Below, in pieces: positions 1 through 6,796 of a stretch of DNA of 8,657 bases. Source of the DNA: a virus (Duplodnaviria; Heunggongvirae; Uroviricota; Caudoviricetes); the IMG/VR virus record IMGVR_UViG_2778261299_000009; one strand, given 5' to 3'. The first letter of the stretch is position 1. Every line of letters starts with the position of its first letter. A program made the position numbers and the translations under genes. Below the pieces are notes generated by a model, which saw only the letters and a program-made list of their open reading frames with translations, did not search any database and was not told the DNA's origin.

Positions 1-26
1 CATATTATCTTTGTATCATTTCTGAT

Positions 27-1875
27 AGTTAACATTACAAGATATAAGTAATGGACGCACTCCCAATTAGTCTATTTAAATCGCCACGAGTTTAACTGAC
101 AACCCATGATCAATTATGAATTGCAACTATTTCTGTAGTCACTTTTGTGGGGACAGTCCACAAAACTGCCAACTTCCGCTTCTTGCTCTTAGCGGACATT
201 AGCATAGGCTATTTACCATAACGCCTCATTACGCGCACCGCCCAGACTGACTCAGCGCGTTTCTGGCATATCCCCGGTAAAACAAGTAACAAACCACCCG
301 AAAATGAACACCAGAAACGCGACTTAAGAATCTACCCTATGAATGGATATGCACTCAACCGAATCGATCTTGGTTTCAATCTTTTTTATCGGGATCAGGC
401 TTCTTTTTAGGTAACTTCGGGGGCTTAACTTGCTGATGACTTTGCGTTCGGCGCGTAAGCCAGGGATGGTCAGCTTTAGGTTTAACATAGTATTTTGAGC
501 GTAAATCAATACGGGCATTATCCACTCGTTCATGGACACTCTTTTCATCATCCAGTGGTATAGGCTCCGGGCCATCAACATACTTTTCCCAGCCCAGCGC
601 TTTCCCGTCATACAGAACGTTAATTTCACCGTCAAAGTTCTCGCATACAGTAACAACCGAATGCCTAAGTCGATATCCCCGGCCCTCACTGCGTACCTGA
701 AACGCACTGCTTTTGTACTGGAAAGTGAGATTTTTAGACAGAACGCGCTTCGCCTGTAGGCTGAAGATATAACCCAGTTCCTCTTCAGAATGGTGCACAT
801 CAAGATGAGCATTATCAGTAGTACGAGGCGACGTAGCGAACCGGTTGTTATAGGCTTCAATAAAGGTCGGCAACCATGCATTTGCTGTTTCAATATCACT
901 GATATTCTGAAGCCGCATTTCTTTGACCAGCCTGTCCTGTAGTGTCTGATTGGCGCGCTCTACCCGCCCTTTTGCCTGCGGGCTGTTGGCATGGATTGGC
1001 TCGATGCCCAGTGTCTTTATCGCACGAGTGAACTGGGTCAGCTCACCTTCCCGCTCTGGGTTATTTACCCTGAATATACTGTGTCTATCAGAGTAGAGAG
1101 CGAGCGGTACGCCATGATCATTAAGGTAACCCCGGAGGGTTTCCATGTAAGCCCGGGTTGTTTCAGCAGGCACAAAACGCAACGCCATCAACGCACTGGT
1201 GGCATCATCAATGAAAACGATCAGTGTACATCTGGGGCCTCGATTTTCAAACCAGTCATGAGGTGAGCCATCAATCTGGATCAGTTCACCGTAAGATGGT
1301 CGTCGCATGCGGCGTTGATATATACGGGCAATTTTACGACGGCGTTCACGCCATAACCCCTCTTCTATCATCCACTTTCTGAGAGTTTCAACGGATAAAG
1401 ATAAACCGTGTATCTCGCGCAATTTTTCGCACGCAAACGTAGGTCCAAAATCAGCGTAACGGCCTTTGAGGAGTGAAATTACTGTTGCTCTGAATTCAGT
1501 AGAAAAGGAATTATTAGGACGCTTTCCACGTCGGTGGGAAACCAGACCAGAAGGCCCTTCATTTCTATACCGTTGCACCAGACGTTTAACCTGCCGAATA
1601 GAAATGCCAATGCGTGCCGCAGCTTGTTCCTGAATAATCTGAAGTCGGTGGAGTTCCTTATGACTCATCGTAACAGTCTCTTTGATCATGAAAAATCCCC
1701 CAGAGAATTGTCTGGGGACATTTTAGAATGGTTCAAAGGGGACATTACAGCTTGGTGTTAACAATAGCCTGCTTCTCCGTGCCTTTCGGCACGTAAGAGG
1801 CTAACCTACATGTGTCTAGCATGAAATTGGCCTCAGATTAATGTTAAGCGTCTTGCAGGACGCGTAATGTTAACT
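27..1875 (-). mobile_element. Putative insertion sequence carrying an rve-type transposase; boundaries are tentative and set by a 12-bp inverted repeat
   Basis: AGTTAACATTAC at 27-38 matches the reverse complement of GTAATGTTAACT at 1864-1875, bracketing the transposase ORF. No target-site duplication is visible, and the repeat does not extend beyond 12 bp. Confidence 0.3.
376..1689 (-). CDS. DDE transposase with N-terminal HTH and integrase (rve) catalytic core, IS481/ISNCY-like
   Basis: 437-aa ORF with ATG at 1689 preceded by a GGGGGA ribosome-binding site. The N-terminus (GISIRQVKRLVQRY) looks like an HTH, the middle region has the look of a retroviral-integrase-type DDE core, and the C-terminus is a basic KPPKLPKKKP tail. 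Family is assigned from memory, not from a search. Confidence 0.85.
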   Translation of the reverse strand: MIKETVTMSHKELHRLQIIQEQAAARIGISIRQVKRLVQRYRNEGPSGLVSHRRGKRPNNSFSTEFRATVISLLKGRYADFGPTFACEKLREIHGLSLSVETLRKWMIEEGLWRERRRKIARIYQRRMRRPSYGELIQIDGSPHDWFENRGPRCTLIVFIDDATSALMALRFVPAETTRAYMETLRGYLNDHGVPLALYSDRHSIFRVNNPEREGELTQFTRAIKTLGIEPIHANSPQAKGRVERANQTLQDRLVKEMRLQNISDIETANAWLPTFIEAYNNRFATSPRTTDNAHLDVHHSEEELGYIFSLQAKRVLSKNLTFQYKSSAFQVRSEGRGYRLRHSVVTVCENFDGEINVLYDGKALGWEKYVDGPEPIPLDDEKSVHERVDNARIDLRSKYYVKPKADHPWLTRRTQSHQQVKPPKLPKKKPDPDKKD

Positions 1876-2023
1876 GGGGCTTTTCTCTATCTGCCGTTGG
1901 TGTCCATGCCCGAGGCAGATAGCCTCAAGCACCCGCAGTCATTCTACTTAACTAAGATTTCCCCGCAAACCGTTTTTGTCCAGCACAGTAAATATCCAAC
2001 TAAACCAATGGAGTTCGCTGTAT

Positions 2024-2203
2024 TTACCGCCAGTATTCAATGCACATGACCGCCATGAACACCCCTAAAAAAAGGGCATTTATATATCCAAATATTAATA
2101 TCAAAACATCAACTTTTTCCATATACCTTGCTGTGAAGATGATGGGCATACATGATGCGAACAACCAGAACGCAACAAACAAAAACTGCAATGCGTTTTT
2201 CAT
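2024..2203 (-). CDS. Small hydrophobic protein (59 aa from the ATG), probably two transmembrane helices; function unknown
   Basis: The track ORF 2024-2242 begins with GTG; an internal ATG at 2203 is preceded by AGGAGG (GTAGGAGGaataATG). The product MKNALQFLFVAFWLFASCMPIIF...LILIFGYINALFLGVFMAVMCI is strongly hydrophobic, and it sits in an AT-rich island. Confidence 0.35.
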   Translation of the reverse strand: MKNALQFLFVAFWLFASCMPIIFTARYMEKVDVLILIFGYINALFLGVFMAVMCIEYWR

Positions 2204-2457
2204 TATTCCTCCTACAATCAATGTGCAATTACATTTAAACACACCTCAATTTGGCCGGACATATAAATATCTAAACCAGAAAAAATCACTTACATAGCGT
2301 TACAAACTCTTTAGTCTAAAGGTTCATCGTAAAACATTCCCCATACTTATCAGTCCGTTCCGCGCCAGGTAGCTCATTGCCTTATCTGGCAACCTGTAAT
2401 CAGGTTTCCGCTTTTTCAGTTGGCTGGTCGTTTAACCGACATAGTTAATCCATTAAT

Positions 2458-2745
2458 CTAGTTGCCGGATGTTGGTGGATTTTCGCGTTTTAGTTGTTCA
2501 TAAAAGTGCACAGCTTTAACCAGTTCTTCTGATGTAACTGGGACTGGTGAGGCAGTGAATAAGGCCTGAATTTGATAGTTCGGCCTGTCGTTACAATCCT
2601 CTTTTTTCGGTACATATTTCCAGTCACCAGACCACTACTTCCCCTGAAAGTCCGTAACGCCTTTTTTCACGTAGCGATATCGCCATGCCACTGGTTTTGC
2701 TTGCCCCGCCGTTTCATGCCCTTCCTGATAATTAATCTCGCTCAT
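2458..2745 (-). pseudogene. Candidate pseudogene: about 95 codons interrupted by one in-frame TAG
   Basis: ATG at 2745 (GGGG-rich ribosome-binding site) gives MSEINYQEGHETAGQAKPVAWRYRYVKKGVTDFQGK, then TAG, then 58 more sense codons in the same frame (WSGDWKYVPKKEDCNDRPNYQIQALF...ENPPTSGN) with no start codon of their own. Confidence 0.3.
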
Positions 2746-2807
2746 TCATCGCCCCACTCATCACAATATGCTTCGACCGGAGTTTTTCCCGCTTCATAGT
2801 CATCACG

Positions 2808-2933
2808 CTAGGATTCGACATCAGCAGCACTTCCACCGCGTAACTCACCATAGTCCATTAATAGTTCATCCCGCTCTTCAAAACTGATGTTATATTTAGC
2901 TGAACAAAAATCAGCCACTTTGTTCTTCCTCAT
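2808..2933 (-). CDS. Small ORF (41 aa), hypothetical
   Basis: ATG at 2933 and TAG stop at 2808-2810. Product MRKNKVADFCSAKYNISFEERDELLMDYGELRGGSAADVES is protein-like, with a weak ribosome-binding site. It shares the N-terminal MRK-x-K with the neighbouring small ORF. Confidence 0.3.
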   Translation of the reverse strand: MRKNKVADFCSAKYNISFEERDELLMDYGELRGGSAADVES

Positions 2934-2982
2934 CGTCTTTTATTTCGTGGTATGAGTAATTGCAGTAGTTAAAGAAAATTTC

Positions 2983-3093
2983 TTATGCTCCGTCATGAAT
3001 TTCCTCAGGTGTTGCGTCATCGTCCACTTCGAATACATCCTCAAAATCTCCACCAGCTATTCCCGTTTCAATAATAATTTTGAACTTTCGCAT
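2983..3093 (-). CDS. Small acidic ORF (36 aa), hypothetical
   Basis: ATG at 3093. Upstream on the minus strand is AGGAGG, then a CCGCCC-GAAA-GGGCGG hairpin, then TAGTGAA and the ATG. Product MRKFKIIIETGIAGGDFEDVFEVDDDATPEEIHDGA. Confidence 0.35.
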   Translation of the reverse strand: MRKFKIIIETGIAGGDFEDVFEVDDDATPEEIHDGA

Positions 3094-3355
3094 TTCACTA
3101 CCGCCCTTTCGGGCGGCCTCCTGATGTTCTGAGGGTGCAGAAATCCATCCGGTTAAGTATTAAATTTTATTTACAGAACTGAATTTAATTATTCAGATAT
3201 ACGTATCTGTAGCCTTACGAATCTACTCACTGGATGCCTCTTTCATAAAAATAATCCAGTGGGTTTTATCGTTTTTTCCCTGTTCGTTGACAGATAACAG
3301 GTTTTCTGTCTGTCAGTGCCAGAATCTGGCTTACCGGTATTTGCGTTTCATTCCA

Positions 3356-3712
3356 TTAAAAAATCAGAACGCCGTGCGGCCTCAACACCCGAAAGGCTTC
3401 TTTAAATCTCTGTCGCGAATCATCACGCCAGGCATCTTTATTCAGCCGTCCATATTTCTTTCCCATCCAGGCGTTATCACCAACACTCTCAAGATGCGGA
3501 GGGTCTAATACAACCATCGAAAAAGATGCGTCTGCAAATGATAATGCACGAAAATCTGCGATAATGTCAGGGCTGATAATCAAGCGTCTCCCATTGCGTA
3601 ATGTGTATCCTTCTTTTCTGATATCGCTGAATATCGCCCGTTCGTCAGACTTATCGAACCAGAACATGCGGCTGCCACAGCACATATCAAGAATGGTTGC
3701 CGGTGCACTCAC
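3356..3712 (-). CDS. Minimal DNA methyltransferase (AdoMet-dependent, N6-adenine/N4-cytosine type), 118 aa, possibly truncated
   Basis: Motif I-like LDMCCGSR near the N-terminus and motif IV DPPH about 60 aa later. GTG start overlaps the upstream stop (GTGA coupling). No target-recognition domain follows; 29 sense codons continue in frame after the TAA stop. Confidence 0.7.
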   Translation of the reverse strand: MSAPATILDMCCGSRMFWFDKSDERAIFSDIRKEGYTLRNGRRLIISPDIIADFRALSFADASFSMVVLDPPHLESVGDNAWMGKKYGRLNKDAWRDDSRQRFKEAFRVLRPHGVLIF

Positions 3713-4131
3713 TGCGCCACGTCCTGAAAATTACCCTGATAGAAAGCCAGTATGCGCTGCATAACTTCGCTCTTCCGGCACTCGCGACAGATTATGTTTA
3801 GGCGACTGTCGTAGCGACGTATTTCTCCGTCAGGTGATGACCAGATAAGGTCCGGATCAACCACAGCAGGTTTCTTCACCTTTGCCCTCGAGAGTTTTTT
3901 GCGGGCGTTTTGCCAGTCCTTACGCGCCTGTTCAGAGGGGAATAACCCGTAGCCGGAGTTGTATACATCGCCACTGGCTACCAGCTCTCTGGCAAGAACG
4001 CTCATCAGATATCTAGTCGCACCTGTTTTAGCTTCCAGTTGCCGTAACGTCTCACGGCCGCTCTGGCGCACGAGTTCCACCACCTGCCATTTAATTTTTT
4101 CCCGCTCTTCTTGTGTAAAAACTTTTGCCAC
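3709..4131 (-). CDS. Hypothetical phage early protein (140 aa), possibly DNA-binding
   Basis: GTG start at 4131 preceded by AAGGGGGA. It lies between the replication initiator and the methyltransferase in the same operon. Basic, with a CRECRK motif; I do not recognise a family. Confidence 0.6.
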   Translation of the reverse strand: MAKVFTQEEREKIKWQVVELVRQSGRETLRQLEAKTGATRYLMSVLARELVASGDVYNSGYGLFPSEQARKDWQNARKKLSRAKVKKPAVVDPDLIWSSPDGEIRRYDSRLNIICRECRKSEVMQRILAFYQGNFQDVAQ

Positions 4132-4171
4132 AAGTCCCCCTTAAAATTACCTCATGACCTGAAATCAACAC

Positions 4172-5137
4172 TTATCCTCTGAAACCAGGCGGAATTTCTG
4201 TATCCGGTTCAGAAATATGATTAACACAACGCTGTACAGGTGAACGTCCCAGGCGGATGACCAGTTCGTCCCATTTTTCGCGGAGCTTTGACGGGCTCAT
4301 GATGTTTTTTACCCAGAATGGATCTCGCTGAACCCGACCAAACATTTCGCAAATTTGTCTGTGGCTTCTGCCATCCAGCATCCGCATTGTGCGCACGTCA
4401 TTGGCCCAGGCAGTCCAGTTAGGCTCTTTTGGTCGCATGATCTCGCCATCATCACTGGCTGCCTGTTCGTAGAGACCCACGATCCGCCCCCAGATCCACT
4501 GCGCACACGCCAAATCCTCCCTGCTACCCCACTGGCGTTTTTTCGCACTAAACACAACCGCGTCGGAGTTCCGGGTTAAAAAATCCTGTTCAGTCGTCTG
4601 CGGGTCCGGTTGCGAAGCTTCCGGACGAAAAGTGTTTTTATTCTCTGTAGTAATCTCTGTTGTATTCTCTGTAAGATCATCAGGCCATTTTGACCCGATG
4701 ACATTGGGTCGTTTTGAACCAATGGAGCGTTTCATTTTGACCTCTTCCATCGTGTCATTTTGACCTGATGGAGCGGCGCATTTTGAACCGATGGATTCGC
4801 TCAATTTGCCACCATCTAAAAGCTCGCTCCCATAGTTGATCGTGTAGAAATTGGTCATATCGCGCTTTGATTTATTGAGCTTTTCACAACGCAAAAGCCC
4901 CAGCGTTTTCAGACTTGCAAACGCGCGCTTTAACGTTGACTCTGACCAGAATGGGAACTGTTCCAGCCATTGTTCCGTTGTGTTATAAATCCAGCGAACA
5001 CCATCACATTCCATGCCGGAGTTGGTATCTCTCAACCAGTAGTGCAGTTGTTGCAAAACAATGGCTTCGTTTAAGCCAATTTTCATTGCCAGCTGCGTGT
5101 TTATAACCAGTGGGCGTTCAGCAAAAAGAAGGCTCAT
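4172..5137 (-). CDS. Phage replication initiator, lambda-O-like (replisome organiser)
   Basis: N-terminus MSLLFAERPLVINTQLAMKIGLNEAIVLQQLHYWL is typical of phage replication-initiator N-terminal domains. The middle of the gene encodes a repeated SIGSK peptide produced by the iteron array. I placed the start at ATG 5137; the track's start at 5191 is a TTG. Confidence 0.8.
   Translation of the reverse strand: MSLLFAERPLVINTQLAMKIGLNEAIVLQQLHYWLRDTNSGMECDGVRWIYNTTEQWLEQFPFWSESTLKRAFASLKTLGLLRCEKLNKSKRDMTNFYTINYGSELLDGGKLSESIGSKCAAPSGQNDTMEEVKMKRSIGSKRPNVIGSKWPDDLTENTTEITTENKNTFRPEASQPDPQTTEQDFLTRNSDAVVFSAKKRQWGSREDLACAQWIWGRIVGLYEQAASDDGEIMRPKEPNWTAWANDVRTMRMLDGRSHRQICEMFGRVQRDPFWVKNIMSPSKLREKWDELVIRLGRSPVQRCVNHISEPDTEIPPGFRG
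4642..4672. repeat. Three direct TCTCTGT repeats at 12-bp spacing next to the iterons
   Basis: TCTCTGT at 4642-4648, 4654-4660 and 4666-4672. Confidence 0.35.
4686..4816. repeat. Iteron array (5-6 direct repeats, about 23-bp period) inside the replication initiator gene; putative phage origin
   Basis: CATTTTGAC/ACC-N-GATGG units starting near 4686, 4710, 4733, 4756 and 4779, plus a degenerate unit near 4803; the spacing is about two helical turns. Confidence 0.6.
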
Positions 5138-5639
5138 AATTCCATCCAGCTTTTTGTTGGTATTGCTGTCGATACGCAAGTTTGAAAGCAATTGCTTTTT
5201 CTATAAGTTCGTCAGTTTCACGATCCACTACGGCAGGATCAGCAAAAAGCAGTCCGGACTCCACCACATCGCCATATTCTTTGTTTAACCCGGCGATCAT
5301 GCACGTGATGCTTTTTCCGTCAGTAATTTCACGATACAACCTGAAATCATTAATCCGGATAGCCTCCATAATTGCAGGCACTAGCGCCGTGAACTTTTCA
5401 CGCTTATCCCTGGTGTCGATAGCCTTCCAGCGTTCAAATATCTTCACTCGATTAACGCCAAGCGCTCGCTGATCAATCGCGCCACCTTCATATGTGACAC
5501 GCTGAACATCGATGTTCGGGCGCTCTTTCAAAGCCCAGAATGCTTCAGTGATTAATATCGTCGCCTGCTCCTGTGTCATTCCTGGTCGACATATCCAGGC
5601 ATCCAGAGCCTCACGAGCCTGTTCAGGAGTGATTTTCAT
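5118..5639 (-). CDS. YdaT-like protein (CII-position early regulator, so-called YdaT toxin family)
   Basis: 173 aa with ATG at 5639, immediately downstream of the Cro-like gene. The segment REKFTALVPAIMEAIRINDFRLY resembles the YdaT segment REKIQKLIPAILAILPRELRHRL as I recall it. Confidence 0.65.
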   Translation of the reverse strand: MKITPEQAREALDAWICRPGMTQEQATILITEAFWALKERPNIDVQRVTYEGGAIDQRALGVNRVKIFERWKAIDTRDKREKFTALVPAIMEAIRINDFRLYREITDGKSITCMIAGLNKEYGDVVESGLLFADPAVVDRETDELIEKAIAFKLAYRQQYQQKAGWNYEPSFC

Positions 5640-5853
5640 TGTTCAACCGCCCCGCCCGCTTCGTCTTACGATATTCATCATAAACTTTGGGATCATACTG
5701 AAGCTCCCCGCCAGATGCCTCCTGTAGACGCATCGCGCGACCTTCGGGAACTAAATCCCCTTTCCAGCTATAAAGCGAAGCCAAACGAATACCTGCTGCT
5801 TGTGCAAGTTTTGTTTTTGAACCGAAATACAAAAGAGCGTCAGTTTTAAGCAT
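5623..5853 (-). CDS. dicC: Cro-like (YdaS-family) DNA-binding regulator DicC
   Basis: 76 aa, ATG at 5853 preceded by AAAGGTG. It is divergent from the CI-like repressor, and the sequence matches my recollection of E. coli Qin DicC. Confidence 0.85.
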   Translation of the reverse strand: MLKTDALLYFGSKTKLAQAAGIRLASLYSWKGDLVPEGRAMRLQEASGGELQYDPKVYDEYRKTKRAGRLNNENHS

Positions 5854-5867
5854 TTAAAACACCTTTA

Positions 5868-5887
5868 TTGTTAGTCATAACTAACAA
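5868..5887. promoter_or_regulatory. Operator: perfect 8-4-8 palindrome TTGTTAGT-CATA-ACTAACAA
   Basis: Read directly from the sequence; it sits in the dicC-dicA intergenic region and overlaps the -10/+1 of the predicted dicC promoter. Confidence 0.5.
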
Positions 5888-5913
5888 GATAGATGTTAAC
5901 AAAAACATAGTCA
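5886..5913 (-). promoter_or_regulatory. Putative sigma70 promoter of dicC
   Basis: On the minus strand, -35 TTGACT (5908-5913), 16-nt spacer, -10 TATCTT (5886-5891). Confidence 0.4.
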
Positions 5914-5936
5914 ATACGATTTAGCATTAGCTAACT

Positions 5937-6344
5937 ATGGAAACAAAAAATTTAACTATCGGCGAACGCATCAGGTATCGTCGGAAAAACCTCAAACACA
6001 CCCAAAGGTCTCTTGCTAAAGCCCTGAAAATCTCCCATGTGTCTGTATCACAATGGGAACGGGGTGATAGTGAACCTACAGGGAAGAACCTTTTTGCCCT
6101 CAGCAAAGTATTGCAATGCTCACCAACATGGATTCTATTTGGCGATGAAGACAAGCAACCAACACCACCTGTTGAGAAGCCAGTTGCCTTATCCCCCAAA
6201 GAACTAGAGCTCCTTGAGCTGTTTAATGCACTGCCAGAATCAGAACAGGATACCCAGCTCGCCGAAATGCGAGCTCGAGTAAAAAACTTCAATAAACTCT
6301 TTGAAGAATTACTAAAAGCCCGTCAGCGGACAAATAAAAGATAA
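5937..6344 (+). CDS. dicA: CI-like HTH (XRE family) repressor DicA
   Basis: 135 aa with an N-terminal HTH (LKHTQRSLAKALKISHVSVSQWERG); divergent partner of dicC; matches my recollection of K-12 DicA. Confidence 0.9.
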   Translation: METKNLTIGERIRYRRKNLKHTQRSLAKALKISHVSVSQWERGDSEPTGKNLFALSKVLQCSPTWILFGDEDKQPTPPVEKPVALSPKELELLELFNALPESEQDTQLAEMRARVKNFNKLFEELLKARQRTNKR

Positions 6345-6405
6345 CATCATCAATGAGTTATCTTTTACCACATCAATTATGTTAGCTATAGCATACAAAA
6401 TCACT

Positions 6406-6434
6406 TGACCGATATGTTAGTCATGGCTAATCTT
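6406..6434 (+). promoter_or_regulatory. Putative dicB-operon promoter with an operator-like site
   Basis: -35 TTGACC (6406-6411), 17-nt spacer, weak -10 TAATCT (6429-6434). TGTTAGTCATGGCTAATC at 6415-6432 matches the intergenic operator at 14 of 18 positions. Confidence 0.35.
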
Positions 6435-6510
6435 GTTTGCATCAACACACCGCACGGTGTTCTCAGCAAACAGTTCCGCTACCCCAGCGTTAAGGGGAAA
6501 TGAGGTCAGC

Positions 6511-6666
6511 ATGGATACTATCGATCTTGGCAACAACGAATCTCTGGTGTACGGCGTGTTTCCAAACCAGGACGGCACGTTCACCGCAATGACGTATACC
6601 AAAAGCAAAACGTTTAAAACCGAAAATGGTGCCCGTCGCTGGCTGGAAAGAAACTCAGGTGAGTGA
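6511..6666 (+). CDS. ydfA: YdfA-like small protein (51 aa, DUF1391-type)
   Basis: ATG at 6511 preceded by TGAGGT; the track ORF 6433-6666 starts at a TTG. Product MDTIDLGNNESLVYGVFPNQDGTFTAMTYTKSKTFKTENGARRWLERNSGE. Confidence 0.8.
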   Translation: MDTIDLGNNESLVYGVFPNQDGTFTAMTYTKSKTFKTENGARRWLERNSGE

Positions 6667-6667
6667 T

Positions 6668-6796
6668 ATGGATTTCGACACAATCATGGAAAAGGCTTAC
6701 GAAGAATACTTCGAAGGCCTTGCCGAAGGCGAAGAAGCTCTCAGCTTCAGTGAGTTTAAACAGGCGCTTTCCAGTTCGGCAAAATCTAACGGCTGA
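6668..6796 (+). CDS. ydfB: YdfB-like small protein (42 aa)
   Basis: Below the track's length threshold. ATG at 6668, preceded by AGGTGAG, lies just after the ydfA stop. Product MDFDTIMEKAYEEYFEGLAEGEEALSFSEFKQALSSSAKSNG. Confidence 0.6.
   Translation: MDFDTIMEKAYEEYFEGLAEGEEALSFSEFKQALSSSAKSNG

Noticed and set aside
517-525. DnaA-box-like TTATCCACT
   Set aside because: It is a single 8-of-9 match inside the transposase coding sequence and is not clustered with the iterons, so it is probably a chance match.
324-1761. ORFs 324-899(-), 532-759(+), 991-1266(+) and 1534-1761(+) overlapping the transposase gene
   Set aside because: They lie in alternate or antisense frames of a well-supported 437-aa transposase ORF, and their translations are low-complexity with no ribosome-binding site.
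1867-2799. ORFs 1867-2049(+), 2040-2297(+) and 2572-2799(+)
   Set aside because: Their products are low-complexity, and 2572-2799 is antisense to the minus-strand small ORFs. 1867-2049 has a possible AGGA ribosome-binding site but no other support, so I did not list it as a gene.
5137-5191. TTG start at 5191 for the replication initiator
   Set aside because: The codon is TTG and would overlap the upstream gene by 74 bp; the ATG at 5137 gives the canonical MSLLFAERP N-terminus. The longer form cannot be excluded.
3287-5727. Plus-strand ORFs 3287-3508, 3564-3764, 3959-4144, 4355-4579, 4915-5106, 5061-5288, 5182-5472 and 5512-5727, and minus-strand 4309-4557
   Set aside because: All are antisense or out of frame relative to the coherent minus-strand operon (methyltransferase, 140-aa protein, initiator, YdaT-like, DicC); the translations look like antisense artefacts.
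5927-6292. ORF 5927-6292(-), 121 aa, antisense to dicA
   Set aside because: It overlaps the clearly recognisable HTH repressor on the opposite strand and its product is Ser/Arg-rich and low-complexity.
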